Shown here in pieces: positions 48,276 to 61,945 of a DNA stretch of 64,000 bases. Under the pieces are notes generated by a model, which saw only the letters and a program-made list of their open reading frames with translations, made no database searches and was not told where the DNA came from. A program made the position numbers and the translations under genes. Origin of the DNA: Blasia pusilla (taxonomy: Eukaryota); contig CM114271.1 in the NCBI GenBank assembly GCA_050084515.1, positions 26,226,001-26,290,000 of the forward strand, read 5' to 3'. How positions within the stretch are numbered: position 1 is the first letter of the stretch; each line of letters opens with the position of its first letter.

Positions 48276-51270
48276 TCATCTTGCATTATCTGAACCTGCT
48301 AACCTGCCTAATAATTTATCTAGCCCTGGACAACTCAGCCCAGGGCTCATATTATTGGTCAATGTCATAAGGTTATCAAACCTGAGGTTAGCATTGCCAT
48401 TTGATAAGTTTTCCTCCACAACTCTTCTTATCTTATTCTCCAGAATTATCAGGTTGGAGGCAATACAATCGACTTCATTAGATCTATCACACATTCTCAA
48501 TAAGCTACTATCTAGTTCAGTTAGCAGTCCAAATTTTGAATCCACATCTGTACTTCCCAACCCAGAGAGCTGCTCAGACACTCCGTCAACACACTTCTGG
48601 TGTGACTTTGCCTGCACGAAAAGCCATCCACATCACTCATTCTCAGAGTTCACCAATACATGTCAAAAACCTGCAACTGAGATATTAACCTTGATAATAC
48701 TTCTCAGGTTGTGGATTCCACATGAAACTTGCAGAGAGGAAGAGAGGAACGCCCAGGAAGGGCAGGCTTTGAAGACATGCATTGAATCTCCTTGCAAGTG
48801 CAGTTTCAGTGATACAAAAATGCTAGACCAAGGAATAGCATCAACAAAAGAAACGGAAGTACAGCCACAGCTTTGACATCATCCGGTTACCCCCTTATTG
48901 TAATGTGTTTTTGGACCTGGAAAGAACTGGACATCAGTCTTGCCCCATACCAGATCTTTTTCTCATCAGAACAACAAGACTATCTCAGGGTGGACTAATA
49001 CTCTCGAGTTTTGGCAACCCAAGATATATGTGATCTGCATTATCTGTAGCGGACTGAGATATGGGAGTTAATCCTGGATCAACGAGACATCCTAAAACAT
49101 CCTCTAAAGGAGATGAGTCTAGGCACATCTAAAACGCTGGGCAGGAGGATTGCACACTCCAAATTCCTTCACTCATCAGAAAAGGAGCCTGCCAACAGAA
49201 ATCAGGATACACTGCTAATCTCAAATTCTGAAATCCAAGAAATATTTGATTTTCAATGTCTGTGACTACGTTAGGTAGGGGAGATGACCTTTGTCTCAGA
49301 AAAGACTCCTAAGATTCTTATTTTTCAGCCACAATTCAATGGAAAAGGCATTCAAGACATTGATACAAATCCCTATCCTTCCACACAAAATAATCTAAGT
49401 GCTGATAAAGTGAACTTCATAGACTTACCCCTGACTGCATCCAATGCACGACTGCTTTCAGCTGCTGCTCTCTGTAGACAGCCACCTTTTCCTTGACTTC
49501 GATTTCTGCCAGTTTCTCCATGGCCTGCTGCAATGCCATTGTCAGTTTATCACACCTGGCCTCCATCTCATCACACCTACCGCAGCAATTTTTTTTGTTC
49601 TCCCCACCACAAACTAACAGCTCGCGGCCCTTCAGTCCTGGGAATATTTGTTGCTTTGGGACAACTACAACTACATCATTGGAACTTTTGGAAGTGGCCA
49701 CCGAAAAATGTTGCAATCTATCACAATCAGCACAGTCTCCACCATAAAATGAATCAGTCGGTTCCGACTTTTCACTCACTGAAGAGAGATCTTTGCTGCT
49801 CCTACTTGGGTTTGCATCAACTCTTTCCTCATGCACATGTGAGGGCTTGAAACTAATCCACTTGGAAGGCGTCGGGTCACTAGCCAATATTCCTGAAGAC
49901 CCCATTTCGTCACTACATTGGTTTCCCTTGCTTGTATTGCAGTCCAGAGGTTTCATGTTACTTGCAGCTGAAATTTCTGAAGCCTTGATGGAATAGTCCT
50001 TTTCATTACAAGAGCTCTTCAACACGGACCTGTCAGATACCTTGGAAAAGGTAGTTAGTTGAATCTGCTCCCGGTCTGCATGTTCATAAGGTTCAGAAAG
50101 TGATCGACTGTCCACTAGTGGCAAGACAAAAAGGTCAGTTTCCTGGTCTTCATCCTCAGAAACCTCTCCGCTAAACCTACCAACTACTTGCTGTCCCTCA
50201 AGACTTTCTGGATTCGGTAAATTCAGCCCACATTTAGGCAGTTCCATGGACTCGCCAACATTACCACCATCCTGGCAATCATCCTCGGAACACCCTCCAA
50301 GCTTGTTGTCCTCGTCCTTTACATCATCTTCAAGATGTAAGCCTGCATGCCTAATAGTCTCAGGTGTTGAGGCATTAGCTCCATTTTCAAGAAGAATGTA
50401 CGGTTTGGTGGGCTTCTCATCCAGGCGAAATTCTTGGAAAGAACCCGGGTTCAAAGCCTGGGAAAGCAAAGACCCCACATCTACCTCCATCATTGAACTC
50501 GACTCAAGGGCAAGCAGAGGCGATCCAGGAAAGAACATCGTGGCAACAGCTTGCACAGGGATTTCAAGATCTGGAAAAGGAGATGATAGTGAGGAAAGCT
50601 CAAGGTCAGGGAAAGGTGTGGATTGTCCTGTTCCCGAGGTAGGGGACAGTAGATGCGCAAGTGGACTGCCAGGGTAGAGCTGGTAGGCGGCTTGAAGATC
50701 TTCAGCCTGAAAAATGTCTGGAGACGCGAAGGGTGATGCAGAGTACGTCGGTGCAGGTTGTTGTCTTACCGGTCCTTTAGTCCCAAACGAATTAGCCAGC
50801 AACTGGGCGAACGGAACGTCAGGCGAGGATGGGGTAGTCACATGAGTAGCAGGTTCAGGAGGAGGTGTGAAAGGAGCAGTGGAAGGGGCAGTGGTGAAAG
50901 TGGAGAAAACGGGGGGAGAAACAAGTGCTGTCTCGTGGGCGTAAGGGCCCATTTGAAACATAGAGGGAGTTTCAGGAATTTGAGAAGTGGCGGAAGGGAC
51001 AGACAGTGAAACAGAAAATGTGGCAGGTGATTGCGCTGACGACTGGACTGCAGAGTTTTGAAACGAGGCCGGTGAGGAAGGAGGGGCTAACAAAGAAGGG
51101 GAAAGAGATGCATACTGATTCGAGCCGCCAGACTGCGGAGCACCATTAGCTGCCCATGTCCGAGATGATGAATTACTTCCATCGTGTATCCGTGTAGCAG
51201 GGGCGATTCTCTTCCCTCGCTTCCGTGTGCCCAGCCTCAGAAAACCTCCACAACAACCATTACGGCCCAT
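48276..51270 (-). CDS. At1g76660-like uncharacterised Pro/Ser-rich protein, ~725 aa; coding exons 51270-49429 and 48611-48276
   Basis: Family motifs LLAPPSSPASF, GPYAHETALVSPPVFSTFTTAPSTAPFTPPPE, TTPSSPDVPFAQLL, YQLYPGSP, STPFPD. Donor GGG|GTAAGT at 49428 and acceptor TTTTCGTGCAG|GCA at 48612 are both phase 0 and join in frame. The ATG directly follows an acceptor (aaacag|ATG), implying an upstream exon. Confidence 0.82.
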
Positions 51271-52599
51271 CTGTTTACAACACCACGTAGAAACCTATCA
51301 CACATGAGCAGGAGTATTCACAAAGCCGTTAACCCGGGGCAGTACGTGCAACCGTGGATGTCTGGTAAGTAATTTCGTGATCATGGGTGTCTAAGAAAAC
51401 AGACAGGAGGGACCGTCTTACGCAGAAGAATTATTCATTTGAGTGGAGCTCTCAAGTATGCAGACTACGTTAAGTGACCACAACTCGCCTAACAAGCCAT
51501 GCAAAAAGATTGGAGAGGTAAGACTGCATTTACGAAGAGAAATTTTACTGACCCAACTCTATAGACTTCACGAAACGCGTTCGAGCACGTGCCACGTCCC
51601 TGTTTCCAGAGACGCAAAGAACGACCTCTCACCCACGCTCTTTCGTTCTTTAAGACTCCTAGAGCTACGGCCAACAGTTCGGAAGAAAAGCAATGGGCAC
51701 ACAAACTAGAGCAAAAAGTACGGTAATGTCGAAAGCTTGCCCCATTCCGCTTCGTCAGCGACATTCAGGACTCACCCTAACGTTCGATAAGCAATGCCAA
51801 CTCGGAGTTCATTGATCAAAACGCGTGTGGAAAGGGCTACGTCATTGTTACCATAAAAGCAACACCGCCGAGACGGAAGGCACTGACAGAGCCACATAGA
51901 GTCGTGGACAAGAAAACATAACCAAGTGAAGCCATCACCTATGTCGAAAAACTAGTGTAACATGCAGGGCACAGACGGCATGGGCCTACCGGATCATCAG
52001 GAGATCGATCGCGAACCGTCGGTCCGATGGCCGCTCCCACATTCTGATCGTGTGAGTTGGCCCTGGCCATCATTCCTCTCATTTCAAAGCATCTCCTATT
52101 CAGGTTCCAGCCTTCCTCCTACGTGCCTGCTTCCGATTCCTTCACACTAAGGAGTACGACGTCTGATACACCGAAAGTGGAGACGACGAGCACAAACAGC
52201 GAGGGAGAGGCTAACTGACATCCACAGGCGAACCGGTGGCCCAGGGAGGGCACCACTTGGCCTTCATACTTGTAGTAATGCTGCACCGAGACTGCGCAAT
52301 GAAGTCTCAGAAGTTCGCTCCTATTCGATTGCTCATTTCTTTCTCAAATACGCACCAGTGCATCACAGAAGTACCACCATGGAGAGATGCGCGGGCACCA
52401 AAGACAGCAATATCGGTCTCCTTCCATCCTCCTCCCAAGGCACTAGTGACAGATGTAGCCACTACACCATTGCCGACTCGCTTCCTCGTTCGCGAGGCCC
52501 ATCATCTCCCGCACCATGCCACGGACAGATACTCCGTCCGACGCTACGCCCCCCGGAGTAGCGCGATATGAATAGGTCAAGCAAACGCTAAGGAAAACT

Positions 52600-54250
52600 C
52601 ATCCTGCACCTCCCGGGCGTAGACAGCCAGAAGGATCTACGCAAACACCGCTGAAAGCGATAACGAGGAATTGCACGAGTTCCTTTGGACAGGAACGCGA
52701 CTGTAGAAGCTCATCCGAAGGATCTGAAAAAGAACGGAAGGTACACCACGGTTGCCGCCTTGATGGCGAGTACGAAGCCTTCACACGGACGCCTAGATAC
52801 GAGCGATGAACATAGCCAGCGCGTGTCTGCGTGCGTTCACGAGGCGAGGCGAGCGTTCTTAGGTGGGGCAGGGCGGAGCAGGGCAGGCTGAAAACTGTCC
52901 GTGAAGAGATCGAGCTCCTACATCCGCGCCGCTGCTGCGAGGGAGCGAGTGAGCCAGCGAGGGAACATAGCCAGCCACTCGTCAACCACTACAGCGACAA
53001 TCATGAGGAGTCGTCCGACGCCCAAGAGCCCGCTACGACGACGACGACGACACATTCGCAGGGCAGCGGACACATCGCTGGAATCGGGAAAAAGAGCTGG
53101 TGACAATAACACGAGCTCCCGCACCGCACCACATCCCCAACCCCAACCCGAGTACGCTACAGTAATCGTTAGGCGAGGCAGACCCAGGCGAGCAAAAGCG
53201 AAGCATGACAGACAGACAGACAGACAGACAGACGGATCAGAATCTGCAGCGGAAAAAGATTTAGCAGCAGCAGCATTTCAGCTCAGCAGCGTGTCCAGAC
53301 CGAGCGTGTCTAGTAGCTCCTTTCGTCCCCCTTTCTCGAGAGGACCCCTCCTGTAATAGTAACGGCAGCCCTTGCCATCGGCTCCGCGACAATGCGGGGA
53401 TATGCCGATCGTAACCGTCAGAAAATCAGCAGAATCGATCTCCACCGTCCGACGCGTTTGTTGGCAGGGCCCGGCCCGATATAGGGTACCCCATCTCCAG
53501 TTTTCACGACTCCGCTTTCCACACTCCACGGCCTCTGCAGTGACGCCAGTTCACGTGCAAGCGGCCCTCGGGAGAAAAGTCGGCTACCCTGACGTGGCCG
53601 CGATTCCCTCTCTCCCCATCTCGTTGTTGTCGCGCTTTAGTTTAGGGTTTCTTTCAGCTTCGCGCTCCCCCAACCTTAGCCCCTTCCGCCTTGGGCCGCT
53701 CCGTCCAACGTAGCTGCCGGGCCCACCCGCCTACATATCTCCGCTCCCCCGATCGATCAATAAGTGTGTCGTGATTCTGTTCTTCCCGTGCGCTCGCTTT
53801 TCGTTAGCCATCCCTGCAACTTGCCGCCACCGCCCCTTTCGCGGAACCTTCCGTCCCTCCGTTGCCATACCCTACCCTATCATCGCTTTAGCTGGAAAAG
53901 GGAAAGCGGTACCGGCGTCCGGTTCGCTTAACGTCCGCCCGTGTTTTTATTATTATTACCTTGTAACCCGGAGAATGAGCGGAGTTATGCCACTAACCCT
54001 CGGAGCTTCGCCTGCACATGACCTTTTGACCGCGAGCTATGATTGGCTTGCCTGCGGAGCGGGCAGCGCGAGTAAAATTATGGCGAGGCGGGTAGGTCAT
54101 CCTCCGGTGTTGGGATCAAACTACGGGCATTTGTGGAGTGGAGTGAATGTTTCGCATCATTGCGTCACTTGGAAATCAATGCTCGGAAAGCAACCCGTGC
54201 TTTCTCAGGCGGGTGAAACGGTCGCAGGGACGAATTAGGGCCTATATCGT
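52600..54250 (-). promoter_or_regulatory. CpG-rich promoter / 5' UTR region of the At1g76660-like gene, with (GACA)n at ~53206-53233
   Basis: GC/CpG-rich island upstream of the minus-strand CDS with simple repeats typical of 5' leaders; no credible ORF. Confidence 0.5.
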
Positions 54251-55435
54251 CGTGTTAACCGCTCCCGTGTGTTGTGTTGACGCTAACGGGAGCTTACTTT
54301 CCCCCTCCGAAGCACTTCCGCTTCAGACCGCCCCTTGCTTTCTCTATTTCTGGGGGCTGATTCAAAACTTTCCCCATGTTTTAACGCATTCCGGTCCTTA
54401 CAGGTTAGTTTGGATTGTGAGGGGGTCTCTAGTAATCGAAACAAACTAACTAATGGGGGTCCCCTAGGAAAAGTCAACTATGGTAAGTCCTTCTTGGACT
54501 TCAAAGGGACCACGATTTCTTTTCGAGACGAGCAAAAGTATGGGATACTTTTCGTCGTCCATGTGTACATGGACCGTTCTGCCATTGAAAGAAAGCCCCA
54601 TGAGAAGAACGGAAAATGGTGCAGTGCGTGACGTCTTTTATCATCTATATCCGTGTTATTATTCGAGATGGCCGTGTTCTCATTTTGACACATGTCTTTT
54701 TTAGCCAATATAATCGTTCGCAATCTAAGTCAACAGGATGGTTCGAATTTAATTGTATGCTTAGGGTGGGTAATTCAAAATTACACATTTGTGCACCGCA
54801 CTGGCAACGACTAGTCTATGTGATGGGGATCCTTGATAGCCATCCAGAAGATATTTTCCTTCGTTCCTGTCCTTGCAAGAGAGTAAGGGACTCCTCTCCG
54901 CTTCCCATCTCTATTGAACTATACAAAAGGATCCCTTCATCTTTTTAATTTTCACTGATAATAATGATTTCTATCTTTGCAGTACTTCTACTCTCTAGAA
55001 CAATCCACAAATAATTAACTTCTCTTTGGTAGTTTATCCCTTCCCATAACATCTCTCTCATTTTCTCATAACACATTAGGAACAAATATGGGTGGATAAA
55101 GGCTCCCTTCCTCTTCTTCTCCTTGGGACCACATGGGCAAAATCCTTAATTCTCTCCTCCACTTTCCTATTGAAAATTGAACCATTTGAAAAAATCTCGT
55201 TAATTTCTTGAAAATGTATATCTTTCTCTCTTACCTTCCCCTAATGAAAATTCAATATTACCTCTCTCTTCTCCCATCTTACACGGAGAACTGTACTCTA
55301 CTTCATATATTCATCCCTTCCTAGTTTAAATTTTATTTGATCTCTCTTCCCCAGCCCACCGAAAATTGAACCTTAACAAAATGCAAAGTCCATCCTTATA
55401 GACTACTTATCATTTTCTCTCTCTTACTCTCCACT

Positions 55436-55800
55436 TTTTTTAAATGAATTTTCTTTCGAACTTCCTCTTTTATTGAAAAAACATAAATTTTATAAATTCA
55501 TTTTGAAACATAAACCATATGCTATGAGAAGAAATTTTGAGCTTATGTGAGATACTAGACCGAGTAATAGTGTAATTTTTAAGGAGAAATAAAAAATGGA
55601 AAATAACTACATGAAATATTTGAAATTTCTTTTTAAATGAATATTTTTTCGATCCTCCTCCTCCATTGAAAAATAATAATTTTTAATAATTCATCGTGAA
55701 ACCTTAGCCATCTGCTATAGAAAGAGAGTTTGAACTTATGTGAGGTTAAACCAAATCATAGTCTATTTTTCGAGGAGAAATAGAAATTTGGAAAATTAAA
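55436..55800. repeat. Degenerate tandem duplication, two units of ~190 bp
   Basis: TTTTAAATGAAT...ATTGAAAAA...TGCTAT...CTTATGTGAG...GGAGAAATA...GGAAAAT occurs at ~55438 and ~55631. Confidence 0.75.
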
Positions 55801-56540
55801 ATCTTGTAAAATAACTATTTGAAATACACCTTAAATATTTTACAAGTATTACTTATAAAGTATTACTTATAAATCCGAATAAGATTATGGGTATCACTAA
55901 TTTTGTAAGAAAATATCCATTCATTCGTAACTAAAGGCCCCACAATATTGAACAGCCGATTAATTACTCCTTGCATGACAAGTCTTGATAGACTTTGCGC
56001 AACGGAGCATTGAAAGATTCTGGAAATAAGAAAATCTTATGGCATATTCATCACAAATCTAAAAATAAAAATCCTTTATGGTGCCTCCTTTTTATGTGGA
56101 CAACCTCGCTTTCAACCTGACAAATTTCACCCATTCCAAAGATGCTAAAATGAAATTTTACATCTCATGTGACTTGCCACTTTGCACTTCATGAGCAAAA
56201 GACTATCAATTTTCTTATCCTATAGAAACACATTTTCATTAAGGAAATCATTTGATCTTATTGTGACAAGGATCATCAAACCTTGCAAAATTGTTCTCTC
56301 CGATCCAAGTGGTAGGTTCTACCAAGTTGGTATTATAGAGGGAAATCTTAAGTCCATGCATTACTATATTTGCAACAATTTTTCTATCCCTAAAAAAAAT
56401 ATCCAACTCAAAGTTTCCTCGCAAAGTAGTCGTAAGATTTCCACTCTAGCACCCTATAATAGAATTTAACACACTTTTTCCTTTTTTTTTATCTTCACAC
56501 ACTCGCACTTCACTCCCAAAGTAGCCATGAAAGCCTTGCA

Positions 56541-57586
56541 CACTATTTGGGAAAAGATTGAAAAAAAAGAAAGATTTTAGAACATATTCCAAGATTTTGA
56601 AAGTTTACGTAGTCACTTGTGTCACTCGCAAACCACTCATAGAATTCTTGCAAAGTTATTGCATGATAGTTTGAAACATACGCAAATTTTGTGTCCCCAT
56701 GGAATGTTTTTATTACTTGCAATGTAATGCCTTTCTTTTCCTATTTCGCACAAATTTGGACAGGTTTTCCAGTCCATCAAATGCTCTATCCCATGAGAAA
56801 AGGATTCTTTGGGTTTTATCTCTTTGATTTTTTTTCATTTTGTTCTTATTATTTAATAAATCATAAATTTTCTAGATTTTAGATCTCAAATAACAAAACA
56901 CTACCTTAATGTTCGATTTAAATTAAAATATAAAAAGGGGAAAATCAATGATAAAGGAAAAATATGTAGAAATATAATCCTTAATGATCGATGAATCTCT
57001 CCAACAACATAAGAAGAAACATAACAAATCGTAAAAAAAGTTCAAGGGTCCACATTATCGTCAAAAGAAACCAACTTTAGATTGAGAAGAAGGATTTGGG
57101 AAAATTGGGAGGAAATAGGAGTTTATAATGAGGATTAATATTTTTCAAATGCATTGCAATTGAATTTGTGAGTGCGTTACAAGTTCATTTTGTGTGTGTT
57201 CCATGTTCCTTACCACTTGTTTCTATAAATTATACTCGCGTTTGGAAACTTGCAAACTGATGGGTTTGCAAGTTGTCTAAAATTCCCCATACTCGCAACC
57301 AATACTCACAAAGGAAATATAAATTTGCAAGATATACTCACAAATTTCTTGTTTTTTCTTTCATTGTTGTTATGTAAGTACTTTGTAGCTCTAAAAACTT
57401 GCAAAATATATATACTTGCAAAATTTAAATATTGTGACTTTTTTTGTCACTCGCAATATATTCCTTATAGACTCAAAAATTACTTGCAGGATTTCCATTC
57501 GATTTAAAGTACTCACAAAGTAGTAGTTCATGCCAAAATGGGACTTGTGAAAAAAACTATTGGAAGCCATCCTATCACTTGTAGTG
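56541..57586. mobile_element. Possible non-autonomous CACTA element
   Basis: CACTA at 56541 and CTTGTAGTG ending at 57586; repeated ACTCGCAA/ACTCACAAA subterminal motifs; the 3-bp TSD does not match. Confidence 0.35.
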
Positions 57587-58119
57587 ATGTTGAAAATGTT
57601 GAAATAAAATAAGATTATTACTTCTAAAACTTAAAAATTAGATGTAGAAAGCATAAGTCAATATGACCTTCCACTGTATTATACACAATAGGATAATCAC
57701 ATTGAATAGTTAAAAGAGTGAATTTGAAATGGATTGCATGCAAAACTTTTAAGCATCTTCTATTGAGACCGAGAGATATTCAATACATCATACCACCTTA
57801 TTATATTTTATAAGATTTTAATGAACGATTGGAATCGAGATGTAAGAATGTATGAAAAAAAATTCCTAAAGCATCAACTGCAACCACACACGACTCCTTC
57901 TAGGTTAACCAAACATTACCACAAGTTTATGTGTAAAAAATATGAGATAACATAAAGAGTTAGAAGCAAATCAATACCAAAATCAAAATCAAAAGGGGCT
58001 AAAAGTACATACAAACGATAGGGGGGACAAATGAGACAAAAGATCCAAAGTAAGTCAGTACAATAGACCAAAAATGAAAGTAAGTTAATTAACACAATAA
58101 GCAATTGTATTAAGAGCAT

Positions 58120-58866
58120 GCCAACACATTAGTCAAGCACATAAGGATCCTTCAAATACAATATCCAAACACACAAGGAGCGTAATGTCGCAAGCATTCA
58201 TATCCTTATACGATCCACATTGCTAGTCACATCTACACACCAAACATCATCGATCTCCCGGACACAAAAATAGATCTACACAAATCAAACAAATAGATTC
58301 AAAAAATTTCACCAAAACCACACAACAAAATCGGAATAAAGACCACTCACATAAGTAACTCCTATCTCAAATCCACATCGTAATATCAAACCACATTTAT
58401 CCTTCCCCAATAAGGGAATCTGAACTCTAACACACAAGCTTTCACCAAACCCTAGCAAAAGAGGCGCTCCAAAGGATCCATATCATAACTCTATATGTAA
58501 CTAGATTCGATGACTTCAAAGATCTAGTCAAGTACCACTTATTCCAAAAGCCTTAGTGCAAATTATGAAATTCATCTCTCCTTTTGGCTGTTTTGGGTGT
58601 TAGCCAAAATGCCTCTTCCCCCGAAATATCCTTGGAAATGGTAACATGCACCCACATATTATTGAATGAGTGTTAACTCTGTCAATGGATCATTTGGCCT
58701 AAAATAGCAAAGAGATAAATTATCCTGAATAAAAATCTCAACAGTATGGAGGTGTCCCCAACCATATCCAATACCTTAAGACGAAGTTGTGCCCAAACGG
58801 CATGTTCATCATCTACGTCGTTAACACAATATAGAACTCTATCTATCGGCTAACTAAGATGTGACA
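58120..58866 (-). mobile_element. Possible decayed solo LTR
   Basis: Ends CTAAGATGTGACA on + (TGTCACA start on -), resembling the LTR terminus at 32355 and 34723; left boundary uncertain. Confidence 0.3.
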
Positions 58867-61859
58867 ATGTTAGCGTATGGAAATCAAGCTTGCTAATAGG
58901 AAGAAGACCAATACAAGAGGGAGATACTCTTTAAACAATAAGTCAAATCAACTAATAGGAACAAACACCAAATGACCTAGTTGAAAATATAACCAAAATT
59001 AACAAAATATGTAGGAGGGAAGAAAGATAAGAAACAACAATCTAGTATGTATCCTTATAATATGGCGGTTTGAGAACATCTAATTATGGATGTTGAAGTA
59101 AGGTGGAGTTGCACTATTAGACACTTAGTCTAAACCTTTTAATTCTTTTGGATGAAAATGCTCTAAAGATATCATTTAAAATGCTACAGCCAATTTTTTA
59201 GTTTTTGTACTTAGATTAAATATGAGATTTTGTTATTACACTTTGATTTTTTAATGATTTGTCTCATGCATTGCACATACCATAAGATTACTATTATTTA
59301 TTCTATATTATCCAATGAAGTAGGGAAACTTAAACAAATATTTACACTATTACCCTTACAAGATTACAAAAAGAATGCAAAATTCCTATTTCTTAGTCGA
59401 AAGAATTGCACTTATAAAATGGATATTTTTCCAACTTATAATATTTATCCTCCAATTTCTATTAGCTAGACTCATTCTAAATTTTCCTTTTCCAAGATTA
59501 TTTATCTTTTCGTCCATATGGGATTCTTAAGGATAAATAATAAAAAAATCTTTGATTTTTTTTCTACTCTAAAACAATTTTATAGACCATAATCATCCGT
59601 ATTTTTTCTACTCCATTCACAACATACGTACTAATAGAACAAAGTTTATAATTTCTTTAAACATATAATGTAAAATTTATGATTTCTAATAAAACAACCT
59701 TTTCATTTCATCTATGTTTTTTTGGGTTTTAAGAAAAATATTCTATAAATTTTGGTGTAAGTGATTTTTATTATCACAAGTGTGTAGGGCCAATAATGAT
59801 AATAGAATCATTAATATTGTGTTCTCCAATCGTTTTTAATCTCAATGTTTCAACCATGGTACACATCAAATTTATTATTTATATCCTTATGCATTTAATA
59901 AAAGTTAAGTAATCATGATTTTGTGCAATCTCTTTACATATGGATCCTTAAAGTACTAATTATAGCATTAAGATGTTAAAACGTGGAATGTTATATGAAT
60001 GAAAAATAAGCAAAAAAAGAGGTGAAATAAAGGATACAATATTCTTCAAGTAGAATAACTTTATCTTTAATATTACCATAAACAAGTTAAGCCCTTGACG
60101 CTTTAAGAGGCTTATTTGCGAAACAATCTAATACGTAAGAAAAACTTAATGCAATGCCCAAAAGCAAAGGCAATGGAAATCCCGATAGGTTTCATTTCAT
60201 CTGGCTAGTACTTGAATGTCAAGAAGGTACACAATTTGAATTTGAAGTTATATGCAATGCTTGAAATTTCTAGTCTCTTCCATTGAAAGGAAACTTGTAA
60301 CGAGACAACGATCAAACCACGTTCACTTTAAAAGACAATTGTCCTAAGCCTTGATACTTTATGTCCGAGAGGCATTTGCCATTGATAATGTAGGTTTATG
60401 GTGAGCCTTGAGGCTAATTAAAGCTACATGAATGACATATCATCCCCACGAATCAATGCTAAAGCTTGTTATATAAATTTTGTTTAACCTAACTTGATAA
60501 AAAAAAAAAATCCATGTTTTTTTGTCTTCTCTATTTTCAATTCCTAAGATAATTTAAGGAGCCAACTTTTTACATAAATCATTAAACTAGTAACTCTATA
60601 CTCTTATGTTCCATTTAAACAATTCTTAACCTTAGAGAATATATATATATATATAAAATAAAAAAAGAACAACATACATATATGTCAATATCATTATAAG
60701 GGATTAAATAATGTAATAAACTTTACGGATGCTAGATATTTGTTTTAAATTATCTGTATAACTTATTAAATGGAGCATCTTAATTTTCTATGTCTTTATA
60801 CGATTTCATTGGAAGATATTTTAATGTACAAAATTCTCAAATAGAGCACAAGCTATACAAATATGTATTATCATACATTAGAAGTAGAATAAAAACATAT
60901 CTCTTAGTTATCTCTCGATTATCCATGGATATTATTGTTGAATGTTTATTATCTATATGATTTTCCAAATGTTACATTTATATCTAACAAGTTTGCAAAC
61001 ATGCGATAAAATCAAATTATTTAAAAATCAATACGAAAACTCCATCAAGATCCTATATTCATAATAACTTTTATAAAGAATAATATTTTACAACCAAAGA
61101 AAATTATCTGTTTTCAAGTAGGATCCCCTAGTTTCCTTCATTAGAGCCATTTTAGAAAAAAATTAATCCATTTATAATGAAAATTATTGATTACAATCTA
61201 AAATTTTACTTATGTATTAAATAACAAGAGAGATTAAACTTGTTAAAGCTTCCTTATGTATTATCCAAAGGTCTCCATAATCAATAAACTAATTTTTTTC
61301 ACATGGAGGAGAAGGACAAGAAATAAAATCATATTTTGGAAGATTCTCAACAAGATAGGGTTTAGTAAACTTTCTCTATACATGCTTAATTTCCAACATA
61401 AGAAGTTAGGAAATAGAATGTTCGATCTTGAATACAAGAGGGAACGGTAGATCATGCAAGGGTTTAAGAGGGAGAGAAATAGGAAACGCTTAGAGATCAT
61501 GGAAAAGTTTACTTTTCTTCAAAATTACCAAAAGGATCCTCTCTATTCATCCATAATAAGAAAACATATACCCTTTTCGTCCCTTCACAAATGAAGAAAG
61601 AGTAGACGTGAAGGATTGGAGCATGGTTGCACAAAAATGAATAAAAATTCATTCCTATGTCAAACATGGACGAATAAGTTTAAATATGTTCATATGCATG
61701 GATTGTAAGAGGCAGGACCCGCACTTTTGATTTATGATGAAAGGCAAGGCAAGGGCGAGTGGGGCAAATATGGGGGACGGAGTCGCGGTGTAGGGAGGAA
61801 GAAACAAGAGAGAATGGAGGCAAGTAGGAGGAATGAAAAACACGAGAACGTGGAGCCTA

Positions 61860-61945
61860 AATGGACAAGTCCTTCCCTATGATAGACGTAAGTCCAAGAA
61901 CACTGACATGTCTACGAATATAGATGTTGTCAACACACAACCTTG
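61860..61945. mobile_element. Fragment of the hAT-type MITE family
   Basis: ATGGACAAGTCC ... GACATGTC ... ACACAACCTTG right-end motif. Confidence 0.45.

Noticed and set aside
48253-48876. 207-aa plus-strand ORF
   Set aside because: Antisense shadow of the last exon and intron of the At1g76660-like gene.
48891-48916. Extra micro-exon in the At1g76660-like intron
   Set aside because: AG/GT bounded but 26 nt long, which would break the frame.
52236-54948. Cluster of 100-155 aa ORFs
   Set aside because: Expected by chance in GC-rich promoter/UTR DNA; no domains or consistent strand.
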